A stretch of 60,612 nt of DNA from Parasitella parasitica NRRL 2501 (taxonomy: Eukaryota > Fungi > Mucoromycota), in NCBI GenBank assembly GCA_025201805.1, contig MU619269.1, positions 1 to 60,612 of the forward strand. The letters are read 5' to 3'. Below are positions 1 through 10,913 of the stretch, one piece after another. The position numbers were made by a program, and so were the translations under genes. The notes under the pieces were generated by a model. That model was not told where the DNA came from. It ran no database searches and worked only from the letters and a program-made list of their open reading frames with translations. Numbering within the stretch: position 1 is the first letter of the stretch; the number at the start of each line of letters is the position of its first letter.

Positions 1-10
1 TCATATCCTT

Positions 11-283
11 AACAGGGTACGATGTATTATTATACTACAAGGTTATTGATCTTTGATCTGACAGTACCTTATTGTTTGTCAATCATACAGATCTGTGTTA
101 CAGATAACCTTCAATTCCTGATTTGAAACAAAGACTTTATTCTCCTGTTTCGACAAGTATAACAACACATCATTGGACAACAATTTCCAATCTTTAAAAT
201 TGAAGTACACTATTATCATGATCTCCTAACCTACATTATGGCAGATCAATGGTGGCACCATGTATGGTGAGGAAGTGGATCAG
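11..283 (+). repeat. Diverged direct copy of 3321-3600 (transposon-internal sequence)
   Basis: Collinear shared blocks: acagggtacgat, tttgatctgacagt, cagatctgtgtta, tgatttgaaa.a.agactttattctcc, cacatcattgga, ttgaagtaca, catgatctcct, attatggcagatca. Confidence 0.8.
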
Positions 284-451
284 TCTCCCGACGCTTTAAA
301 GATTTACTCAATTTTGAAAGCTCCTTCCTTGTTTTGAAATTTTTAATAAAAATTATTAAAATGGGGTATTCACTTGTATATCGAATCCATTGGCTGAAAT
401 ATTTTAATTTTTTTTTTAATTAATTTTTTTTTTTTGCTATTTGAATACCCC

Positions 452-676
452 TTATATCGACATCCGGTTTTAGAATTGATAAATACATCAATTAGGATGG
501 ATGACGCTAAAGACTTTTAGTAATATCTCGACTCACGGCCCTTAAACATTTACTAGTAGTTTTAGTATATGCTACTACGAGCTTATGCCATATAAGATCT
601 ATACTTTATGATGTATATTTCAGATATTTCAATACAATAAAAAGAGACTTGTAATAATTCACAGCTTTCAACTGTA
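452..676 (-). repeat. Diverged inverted copy of ~2170-2372; probable right end of a related Tc1/mariner-like element
   Basis: tatatcgacatccggttttagaattgat matches the reverse complement of 2345-2372. Weaker similarity continues to ...aattcacagc...ACTG|TA at 671-676. Confidence 0.55.
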
Positions 677-1137
677 TGCGAACAATAAAAGAAGTATCTC
701 GTTTGTTATGATATAAATACAGGGTATTTACATCTTCAATTATTTACTACAACTGAGATGGTAGCTGTAATAACCAATAGATTAATGTGATAGTATGTTG
801 TCACTGTTGATGAACGAATAGAAAATACACCGTGTTATCATTGATTGGTTTGATATGTTTCATTGTTGAGATGATTGATCCAAGAATATGAGCTGATGTA
901 ACATATCAAATAGTTTGTTCGCACCTTGACATTTGAGCAAGTCCGCATATCTTGTTGATGTCATGGCAGCCGAGACATTGCGATATCCAGTGACCGTTGA
1001 GATATTATACTGATTCGTATCTGATACAATCATATAATATATTTGCAGTAAATCAGCAAGCGTATTACTTGTAGGAATTGATATAGTGCAGATGTAGCAG
1101 TGCGTATATACATCACTTCAGATGTGTATTTTCAGTT

Positions 1138-1611
1138 TTGTTGTGCCAGTGTCAAAGGACGCAGCGTGTAATGTTATGTAAATATGATTTGTATAAAGTA
1201 ATAGAGACTTTTCTGAAAAAAACCAGATACAAAACTGAAGCAAGACTTTTATTGACAGAAGATATGATCTCTAGTTATACTAAAATATATCTCAACCAAT
1301 GTTTATCCACATAGCATTTGATGTTTGGCAAGAAGTGTCAAACCTTATTAAATCACAGCATTATATTTTCAGGACAGACTTATCTTTGTATTATACATTA
1401 AAAAGAAGCTTGGGTAAGCTGTTTTCCCGACATCCCGCGATCTGACCTAGATGTATTCTTTGAATAAGCCTGGAATCTTCCAAGAGGTCCAATTACAACT
1501 TGCAGCTAATTCCTTATTTGTAAAAGAATTACAACCAATTATTATCATCCTGATCCGTACATTATGACTAAGATAGACATGCGATATGTAGCCTTTATAT
1601 AGATACAACAT
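1138..1611 (-). repeat. ~470 bp inverted repeat of 3633-4087
   Basis: Reverse complement aligns along its whole length, e.g. tcccgacatcccgcgatctga / tcagatcgcgggatgtcggga and tgtgccagtgtcaaagg / cctttgacactggcaca. Confidence 0.95.
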
Positions 1612-1612
1612 T

Positions 1613-2110
1613 CGCTATTTGAGCATAACTTGGGTTTCACTGGGCGATGTCTCTATCAAAAGTTATCTGCAAAAACAGTTTTATTTTTCAATATTTATCA
1701 TAAATATCACATATTTGCTCATAACTTCTGTTAAAATGACCCTATAACCAAGATCTAACTTGGAAAACTTAGTGTTGACTTGGCGCTATCTGGCAACAAC
1801 ATTGGCTTCCATGTTTTTGTTGATATCTATAAAATTACCAGATGATATCACAAATTAACATATCAAAATTGCATATAATCGATGATAGGCTGCGATAAAG
1901 AGCAAAATAAACACTGTCTTATGCGCCATAAGATTAGGCATGATCATCGCTATNNNNNNNNNNGTCTTATGCGCCATAAGATTAGGCATGATCATCGCTA
2001 TTTGAGCATAACTTGGGTTTCACTGGGCGATGTCTCTATCAAAAGTTATTTGCAAAAAACATTTTCGCGTTTTTGGTGGCAGAGTTTGAAATTTTGATCA
2101 CGTGATCAAC
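1613..2110. repeat. Repeat insertion with a duplicated 65 bp head (1613-1677 = 1997-2060), spanning a 10-N gap
   Basis: cgctatttgagcataacttgggtttcactgggcgatgtctctatcaaaagttat occurs twice. Palindromes tcttatg-cgc-cataaga and ttgatcacgtgatcaa (2094-2109). Confidence 0.7.
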
Positions 2111-2139
2111 GGGGTTTGAATATATCGAAAAATAAAATC

Positions 2140-5100
2140 AAGATACCTGATTTTACTCTAAAAGCAGAGGATGTGAATTTTTTTTTGAACCTTTTTTTGA
2201 TGAGATGAAATTAGAAATGAGACAGTTGTTTTTAGAGGAACAAGGGGAGGCGTTTCTGTAATATTTGTTCAGTACCAGTGAAGGTCTATTTGGGCCAAAT
2301 TTTACATGAAGATAGTCTCCCAGACATTTACCTATAATTGATGTATCAATTCTAAAACCGGATGTCAATATAATACAAACTCATACTGAAGAGTGAAACA
2401 TCAGATCATAAAATAATATGACATGACATTTGGGATAGATACAATCTACCCTATCTCCCGGATCTCATCACTAAAACCTTTATCCTCACATCGCTTCTCT
2501 CAGTTCATGGAAAGTATATAAACCCTCTATTTTTGAATGTAATAAACGGATCTTTACCTGATTAATTTCTACTTGAACTTTTCTGATAAATCAATAATGA
2601 CCCTGAATGTGTATATTATATATAAATGTCTGCGTGACAGAATATTGTGAGCACGAAAAGTGTGATTAAGAATTAGAGCATGAGCAGCGGCATTTTTTTT
2701 AGTCAAAGTTAAGCATGTTTAGCGGCCAAAAAATCAATACTGCAAAGATACTCTTTAAAAAGATATTAAGGCACAAAAAAACAATATAAAGAGAATGATA
2801 TAAATACGACTCATCTACAAATATGTTTTTGTCGTATTGCTTAAAAGTGTTAATTGCTTTTCGTCCTTTTTTCCTTATAATTGCTTCTCTCATTCACACT
2901 AATAAATCAGTACTGATGAATTTTGTTTACAAGCCACTGTTACCCCTCATATGATATCAAAATCTTTTTACAACATTTTTCTTTTCTTCTCTTTATCTGT
3001 TTCTCTATCTTAATGTGTAATAAAAAGTTTAAAACAATTATTGATGACAAGAAACGTGAGAATTTGAAAAGCATAAAGCAGATCCTTATGAAGGTAAATA
3101 TAAGGTTATTATCGTTTGCACTTTCATTCACACTGTTGGCTTTTTTTTGGATCAAAAAAGATAAAATAAAACCAAATGTTAACGAAATACGACAACTTAA
3201 AGATACTTTGTTTAAGATCGTAATTGCATCTGCTATTTATACTTTTTACAACTACATAAATTTATGGTGACTTATTTAGATTACTAATTGACAAGACTAA
3301 TTCACAGTGGCAATCTACTTGACAGGGTACGATATGAGGTTATATAACAAGGGCTAAACGTTTTTGATCTGACAGTGCCTTAACCTTTATCTTGGTGCTC
3401 AGATCTGTGTTACTTACAGAAATAACCTTCTTGATTTGAAATAGAGACTTTATTCTCCAATTTACAGAAGCGTATCACATCACATCATTGGAAAATCTTC
3501 AATCTTCAATTGAAGTACATTGCCATGATCTCCTGTCTATAATTATGGCAGATCACTTTTAGGTGGAACCTGTGTCAACTGCGGAAAAAGTGGTCATCTT
3601 ACAAAGAATTATTTTAAACGTGAGCTATATTGTTGTATCCATATAAAGGCTACATATGTCATATCTAACTTAGTCATAATGCACGGATCATGATATTAAT
3701 TGTTGGTAATTCCTTTACAAATAAGGAATAAGCTACAAGTTGTAATTGGACCTCTTGCAAGGTTTCAGGCTTATTCAAAGAATACATCTAGATCAGATCG
3801 CGGGATGTCGGGAAGACATCCTACCCAATCTTCTCTTTAATGTAAAATAGAAAGATAGGTCTGTCCTGGAAATGCTGTGATTTAATAAGGTTTGACACTT
3901 CTTGTCAAACATCAGATGTTATGTGGATAAACATTGATTAGAATATATTTTAGTATAAATAGAGATCATATCTTATGTCAATAAAAGTCTTCAGTTTTGT
4001 ATCTGGTTTTATTCAGAAAGTCTTTATTACTTTATACAAATCTTATTTACATAACATTACGCTGCGCCCTTTGACACTGGCACAACATATATGTAGCTAG
4101 GACAGCTAGTGATGGTAAACAACTAAAACGCAAAGTGCCAAAAAGATATCTTTATAAATATAGTTTTCTTTTCTTATGTTTGTAGTTGGTTCCAGTACAA
4201 GTAGAAAACGAAAACAAACTCAAGAAACCAAAAATGATAAAAAGAAAGCAAAACTGGGAGAACGTAGTAGCTCAAACCAAAGTGATGATGTAATTTGCGT
4301 GAAGTGTAAACAGCCAGGCCACGTTAATGGACGCTCTGCTCTGTGTACTGAACGTGCTGAACGAAAGTCTGATGTTTTGAAGGATATTTGGGTACTAATT
4401 ATCGAGTGTTTTCAAGGAGAATATCGTTCAATAAAGCTATAAATGATGAATACAAAAGCAACTTGAACGAAAAAGTTGTTAATGCCTGCTCCACCGTCCG
4501 CAACCTGGTCTTTAAGGCGAAGCTGTTTGTCAATTATTATATTTTAAAAAGACATAATGATGCTGCTCCCGAGTGTATTGCTGCTCCCAAGTGTATTTTT
4601 ACTTAAAATTTCTGGCACACTGCAATTCAAATGGTCAACGGGTAAGCACTTACGAGCAAGAAAGAACTTTCTGATGAATTTATGGAATTATTAAATAGCT
4701 TCAAAACGGGCAATCCAACTTTCGCACATACAGTAACACGTATTCCTGGGGCTTCCCAATGTATTAGTGAGGCTTGCATAGAAATTGCCACTAGTTATAA
4801 CAACGCTATTGTGGAAAACTTTGAAAAAAGACTTATGTATTTTTTAACATTTAAGTTACAGACAATGTTTGTGGTGAGTTCGGATTAATGCAATAGATGA
4901 TTTCCAAAGAAAAAAAAAACTTCAACATCTATATATGTAGTCATTACACCCCACGCTCATCCGCGATGTTGCTAGTAAATTTTGCTATCAATAAGTATGT
5001 GAAGGAAAACCTATATGGCCAAATGATGACAGTTTGACTGAGGAGATTAAGTCTATTATTCTGGATTTTTGACAACATTGGAGGAATATTTTGAAGAAGC

Positions 5101-6728
5101 AAGTAACTTTGAAGCAGCTTAGTGCAGATCCTGGATATTTTGTTCCTTTTTTGTTCCTTATGAACAATGAATTGTAAAGAGAATGGGCTGAGCACGCAGC
5201 TTTTGATGTCAGAAGATTACCGCTGCCAAGGTTGTTTTCAATTCTTCCAGCTGCTAATACAAAATGGAGATTTATAACTTTAAATGTTAACGCCCTATCG
5301 TCCTTCGTCAACATTGCGCGACCAAAAGGATACCAAGACCAGTTCGATATGTATTCCCGAGTTTTCAATTTTAAAAACATTCGTTTTAATAAAGAGTAAG
5401 TATAAAACTTATAAACTGTAAGTCAAACGGCTAACGCTCTATATCAATAAAAAATTAAAACTCGATAGTTCTCGTTCTATTGATCAAGAAACAAAAAAGA
5501 TACTGTTTGGAAATACGATCAAAACTGATGGGGTTTCTGTAGATTTCTTGTTCTACAAAAGTGCACCTAAGAAAAAGGGTAGCTCTGCAAACATGTTAGA
5601 TCTTTCTCTGGAAGACTTTGATTTAAATGAAGTATCCGAGAAGTACAATCCTATATTCATTGATCCTGGAAGAAAAAGTGTCTTTACTGCAACTGTTGGT
5701 TTAGAGAAGCAGCAGGTTAGAAAATGTCCCACCAAGGAGTATTATCATATGACAGGCTCTACTGCATTCTGTAAAATGCAAAACGCGCAAAAAGAATCTA
5801 ATGGCCCACAGTTGATTGAAAGCAAAATACCCACAGCCAAAACTTCAAAAATCAGCAAGTATGAAGAGTATGTTTATTACATCTTGGAGCATCTTGACAC
5901 TTTTTTTGGTTTTTATAACTTTAATACTGCGAAAGAACATTTCAATCTTTATATAGGAAGACAAAGAGCACCTCAGCTTATGGTCAACATGTTGACAAAC
6001 GGAACAAAGAATTATAACAGATCGTTAAGAACGAAGAAAAAGAAAAGAAAAGAAGAAGAAGGATAGAAAAGAAGAAGACAAAGCAGAACCTCATCCAAAG
6101 TAAACTACTATTTTTGTATTTGAACATGAATCAACTGTAAAGAGTTAACCTTTTTTTTAGAGTCTCTAAATGGAAAGAACCCAAGTTCGACTAATGCAAA
6201 GACAAAATTCCCTTGGTAATCTTTGGCGATGGCGTTTTCAACAAAAACCATGTTACATTCAAAGGGTTGCGGCACGGTGTTGTTGATTTATTTTTTAAAG
6301 CCTTAAAAAGACGTGAAGCAGAAGTTGAAGTGATTGTTTGTACAATCAATGAATTTAACACCTCCAAGAAATGCTGCCTCTGCCTTTCCGAGACAAAAAT
6401 AATTAAGACCAAAGGGTTTAAAGGGTTTTCCGTTTTGTCCTGTCCTAATTGCAAAACTGTATGGCAGAGAGACATTAATGCAAGTCTAAATATGATGGGC
6501 ATCTCTTTGTCCATCTAGGCAGGGAGAGGAAGACCTTCAGATTTTAATCGCCGTAATAAACACGGTCTTCCCGAAAGGGATTAAGATTTTTACAGGCAAA
6601 TGTCGAAAAACTAATTCTTTCTGTCTCATTTCCATTTTTATTTCGTCCAAAAAAGGTCTAAATAATTAATTTTAATTCGTCCAAAAAAATTAACATCGTC
6701 TACTTTTAGAGTAAAACCCTGTACTGTA
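2140..6728 (+). mobile_element. Non-autonomous Tc1/mariner-like TIR DNA transposon carrying a Fanzor gene
   Basis: Left 2151-2225 (ttttactctaaaagcagaggatgtgaattttt...gaaatgagacag) is the inverted match of right 6621-6716. The right terminus reads CAGTACAGGG on the minus strand and is flanked by TA (6727-6728). The left terminus is degenerate. No DDE transposase ORF was seen. Confidence 0.7.
4097..6584 (+). pseudogene. Fanzor1 (TnpB-like RNA-guided RuvC endonuclease), intron-containing, disrupted
   Basis: Motifs RLFSILP..WRFITLN, FGNTIKTDGVSV, RuvC-I IFIDPGRK (D 5662), VIFGDG, RuvC-II INEFNTSK (E 6351), Zn finger CCLC..CPNC, RuvC-III WQRDINASLN (D 6471), C-terminal GRP.DF. Introns ~4115-4185, 4874-4940, 5396-5468, 6100-6160. 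In-frame stops at 4604, 4644, ~5175, 6192, 6516 plus frameshifts. No ATG found. Confidence 0.92.
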
Positions 6729-6745
6729 TAATCTTTTGTCCTCAA
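6494..6745 (+). ncRNA. Candidate Fanzor omegaRNA (scaffold overlapping the ORF 3' end/right TIR; guide position uncertain)
   Basis: Stems gatgggca/tgtccatc (6494-6515), ggaagacc/ggtcttcc (6528-6571), ccgt/acgg (6551-6565) and tccc-GAAA-ggga (6569-6580). The position matches TnpB/Fanzor omegaRNA loci. Confidence 0.45.
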
Positions 6746-8167
6746 TGCATTGTAATTACCAGAGTCCTTTGAAGAGTATACCCTGGATGAGAACTTTATT
6801 TGTATGAGGCATACAATAGTAACACGTTGATTGGTAGTGCCTATTTCACAGCTACGAAGAAGAATATTTAGTATTGATATTCTCTCACATAGCGGATAGC
6901 AGCTGACATTTGGAAACAACGATCGAGTTTGCGATGCATTGTTGATTCTTTCTTGTTGTTTATCTAGTATTAACCCAACTGCGACGAGTTTTAAGAACAG
7001 ATGCTCTATCGAACTATGAAATCTAGCATAACCAAGTATTGCTTGATTTAAAGAAGGTCTGAATAGTGATGGAATGGAATTTGATATCATTATGATTCTT
7101 TGAGCCATTCTTGATAAGTTGAAAATGAGCAGAACCAAAATCGATGGCTTTTTTATATTACAGTACAAGACATTTCATAATTAGGTTATTCGTGATCATT
7201 TATTTGAAATTATCAACATTTAACATTAGGTCTGACTCAGGAACGGTTGCCATGGTAATGTATGAATTATCAGAATGAGAAATTATTCAAATAAAACGAT
7301 TGTGAATTAATCAGGTCCAGATCTCGTTTAATACATGGAAAAATGGTGGTTTATATAGTGAATCTAAATGGACTGATGGGAGGATAAGGTATTAGTGTGA
7401 GACACGGTGTGATTTAGAGAGTGGAACGTTGGATTGTATCTATTGTCCATGAACATGTCATGTTGAGTGGTAAATAAGGAACATGATCCATTGGGATATG
7501 TTCCTGAATTGCGTTCAGGATTGAGTTTACTTGAGTTTGACTTCCGGTTGGGAAATTGACACATCAATGTATTCGCTATATGATATTCTACGAATACAAC
7601 AAAAATTACTGAAGATCAGCTAGCTGCTAACAAACTTGTCGCGTTGTTATTTCTGAGGAATGTGATCATTTGAAAAGAATTTATACCGTAACAGGAATTG
7701 CGTTATGAATCTATCAAATGTTGCCGATCGATTTGAGCCATCTAATCCGTAACACAGCCCACTGCAGGCACGAGCAGTGCAACCCCCCCCATTAGAACGA
7801 ATGTCGAAAAAAAAATCATCTTAGCGAAGCGAAGATCAAGTTTTTTCTCCGTAGTGGTGACAGCCCATTAATTGTATAAATGTGTCTGAAGTCATTTTCT
7901 ATCGTAAGTCAGTACAGAAAGACGTGAGAGTAAAAGACTCATGGCGTCTTTCATTTACATCACTCTTGATCGTTTTTAGTTTATATTTTGCTATTTTTTA
8001 GTCATACCGCAAAACCTGGTAAAGCTTATACATTAAATAATCCATTCCTTTTGTAATGAGAGATGTTTAATATTGCATTTTCCTTTATGCAATACCTTTT
8101 GTATTTGTGAAATCACACATGCATTAGCAAAAGGAGAGAGCAGAATATATACCACACTAATAAATGT

Positions 8168-8750
8168 TTATTGCTTAATGCTCTTTGATAAAAGATATGC
8201 ATCTCTATTTTCAATATTTTTGTAATAATCCTTTTCGGTACTGACAACCTCAAATTGATTCTTTTTATAAAAGTCCACAGCTGCTGTGTTGATTGTTTGA
8301 ACGTGTAAATAAACATTGGTGATATTTTGAGCTATTTTAGCTTGTTCAAGGATATGTTGGACTAATTGAGAGCCTGTACCAACTGTCAGAATACGGACTC
8401 ATTTGATATATCGTATTTCTTTTACCTAAACCAAGATGGCGATAGGGCTCCAATACTCCCAAAGTCATAATGTAGACTTTGAACGTCCCAGGATTGCTCT
8501 CGTCAACCTCTTTGCGGCAACAGACAGTGCCAACACAAACATCGTTATAAAAAGCTATATTGTTGTTCAACATTTACCCGCTATCATTTATTTTAGTGAT
8601 GACCGTACCTAACTTTGCAAATTCCCCTGCTTCCAACAAGTCGTTGTAGAATTTATCGCCATAGTGAACTGGAAACAAAACTTTATGAAGAATCCTGACT
8701 TGACCCAAATTATTAGGAGTAACATCTCCAAGGTCAGAACGAGATGTCAT
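8168..8750 (-). CDS. NAA50: N-alpha-acetyltransferase 50 (NatE catalytic subunit), 3 exons
   Basis: Spliced product MTSRSDLGDVTPNNLGQVRILHKVLFPVHYGDKFY...YIMTLGVLEPYRHLGLG...VYLHVQ...FY...DYYKNIENRDAYLL. Confidence 0.92.
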
Positions 8751-9050
8751 GTTCGAAAGTTTAGGGAGAGGTACAAAAGAAAAGAGGCAAGACGCATCTT
8801 GAAAATTTTTATAACGTCGTTTGGAGGAAACTCAAATTTACTCTATTATGTTACTTGGACTAAATGCACCCAACTTGTATCAGATACAATCACATTTTAT
8901 TTTCAAAGGTTGTATTACTGAGATTTTACTTGACATCTTAAAGAGCCAATTATCTTTGGTAAGAATAATCTATTTAATTTAAATTATTATTAACTAAATT
9001 CGGTTCAAATTATAGTCAACGATGGCTACTATCATTGAAAGGCACTTCAT

Positions 9051-10913
9051 TTATAAAACAATACGTTTCTTATTGATATTGACTTGATCAACGGATTCAC
9101 ATACTAAATCAACGTAGCCAGCATCGTAGATGTCTTTGGGTTGCCAGTCTTCAACAATAGGCGAACTGTTCCTTTTAAGATATTCTTGTTTGAGTGTTTC
9201 TAATAAAAACCAAGGCATTGGCTTCTCTAAAAAGGACCTTAATAAATATACCTCCGCATCTTTTAATTTTGACATCTCTTGAGCCATTTCCATGCCACGG
9301 AAATTGTAACCTCTGCCAATTATTTCTTGATCCTTCAATTCAAATCTGCTCATATAAAACCATGTAGCTTTTTGTTGCTGTCTGATGGAGAAAAATCGAA
9401 TACGGCGATCCAAATCAAATGTTTCCGTACGCAGGCCATGCAAATTGACCTTGCGGAATCTCTGATACGGCATGTGTATTTGAACTTTATAGCGACGATC
9501 ACGTTGTGTAAAAGCAAATAAAGTCAATTCAACAAGTCGGGGACACCTTGTTGAAATATGATCAAATACGCCATCAAATGAGCTGCAATATCGCATCACC
9601 AAGCTTTGTAGAGGATGATCATCCCAAATAGGTTCTTGTCGACGACGATCAAACGAAACCCGAAGAGCAATATTGTGTAATTCAAGTGACTCTAGTTTCC
9701 GACAATGATCTAAAATGGAATCAATTTTATATGGGGAGTTCAGGTTACAATGAGGTTCTCGTAAGCATAAATGAACCAAGCGAGGGCAGGCTGTGGCAAT
9801 GCATTGTACCAATGTGTTTGGCAGGGTACAACGAGGAGTAGGACCAAAAGTAAGGTAGGTCAAATTGCTCAGGATTTGGTGAGAGTTTTCAAACAAGGCA
9901 GATATCAATAAAGAAGGTACTGCTACATTATCATAGACTTCTAATGTCTTCAATTTGTTGTATCGAGCTCTGTCCAGTTCCTGGAAAAACCTAAAATCAG
10001 GGGCAGTGTTTTTCCACCTGATAAACGTCAAATATGGGCAATTCTTGATAAACTGGCGATATAATTCTACAGGGCAGGGATCAATAATGTCTTTACCAGT
10101 TCCCAAATGATGAAAATCTAATGAGACAAGATTTGGGTACTTCTTTTCAAGGTAAGGTAGCCAATCTTGATAGCGGTCAGCACCATATTGGCATTTTAGC
10201 TGGAAAGACTTCATTCTGGGCAATGAATTGATATGCTTGGGTTGAATCATACTTACAAAATCTTCGACTTCTGCTCTATAACCTTCCAAAGTCAAACTTT
10301 CTAAATACGGACAGTGTTCATGTATCGACTCAACATATTGAAACGTTATATTGTGTTGTTGATTGATTCCCATGAGCGTGAGACTTCTTAAGTTTGGTGT
10401 GTAACAAAGTAGCGATTTGGCATCAATTTGATATATTGAGTACAAGTCTAACGTGATTGACGATAATTTGCAAGCACCATAATTGGATAGAAATCGAGTT
10501 GCAATTGTAGGGAATAAACGGCGAGGATGATAATTCCGCGGCAATCTAGTATTTGGTGATTCTTCAATTAATGAAAGATAATTCCATATACGCCAGTCTA
10601 CATGAATTGATTGGACAAATGGACAGGCAGCTTGGATTGACACCAGCTCGTATTCTGATAATTGATCGAGAAGAATGTTTAATTGACGAACACATTTGCC
10701 AAGTGATAATTCTTTATTTTCTGTTTCACTAAAAATGTTTAAGAGCTGCTTGAGTTGATTTGGTGATTGTATTGAGATTGTGCGGTAAAATAAGATGATA
10801 AATACATTGTAGAATGACTTGTTGAGACGCAGTAATTTGTAGCGATCTTGATGTGATAAATAAGAATCAACATGCTCGATAATTTCGAATGGTAAATAAG
10901 GTATTGAACTCAT
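9051..10913 (-). CDS. F-box / LRR (RNI-like) protein, intronless, 620 aa
   Basis: N-terminal LPFEIIEHVDSYL F-box followed by CPxLxxLxL leucine-rich repeats. Confidence 0.85.
   Translation of the reverse strand: MSSIPYLPFEIIEHVDSYLSHQDRYKLLRLNKSFYNVFIILFYRTISIQSPNQLKQLLNIFSETENKELSLGKCVRQLNILLDQLSEYELVSIQAACPFVQSIHVDWRIWNYLSLIEESPNTRLPRNYHPRRLFPTIATRFLSNYGACKLSSITLDLYSIYQIDAKSLLCYTPNLRSLTLMGINQQHNITFQYVESIHEHCPYLESLTLEGYRAEVEDFVSMIQPKHINSLPRMKSFQLKCQYGADRYQDWLPYLEKKYPNLVSLDFHHLGTGKDIIDPCPVELYRQFIKNCPYLTFIRWKNTAPDFRFFQELDRARYNKLKTLEVYDNVAVPSLLISALFENSHQILSNLTYLTFGPTPRCTLPNTLVQCIATACPRLVHLCLREPHCNLNSPYKIDSILDHCRKLESLELHNIALRVSFDRRRQEPIWDDHPLQSLVMRYCSSFDGVFDHISTRCPRLVELTLFAFTQRDRRYKVQIHMPYQRFRKVNLHGLRTETFDLDRRIRFFSIRQQQKATWFYMSRFELKDQEIIGRGYNFRGMEMAQEMSKLKDAEVYLLRSFLEKPMPWFLLETLKQEYLKRNSSPIVEDWQPKDIYDAGYVDLVCESVDQVNINKKRIVL

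Noticed and set aside
1916-2001. 38 bp exact duplication around the 10-N gap (and ORF 1882-2097)
   Set aside because: Typical unmerged contig overlap; not a CRISPR-like array or a gene.
2699-3270. Short hydrophobic ORFs inside the TIR element
   Set aside because: Very AT-rich with no recognisable motifs; cannot be supported as cargo genes or a transposase.
4944-6514. Minus-strand ORFs over the Fanzor locus
   Set aside because: Antisense shadows of the + strand gene.
6638-7168. 176 aa minus-strand ORF
   Set aside because: Non-ATG start, runs across the TIR junction, no motifs.
7380-7870. Possible MULE/FAR1 transposase relic (WIVSIVHEH) and TIR-like end
   Set aside because: Too degenerate; no partner TIR or DDE motif found.
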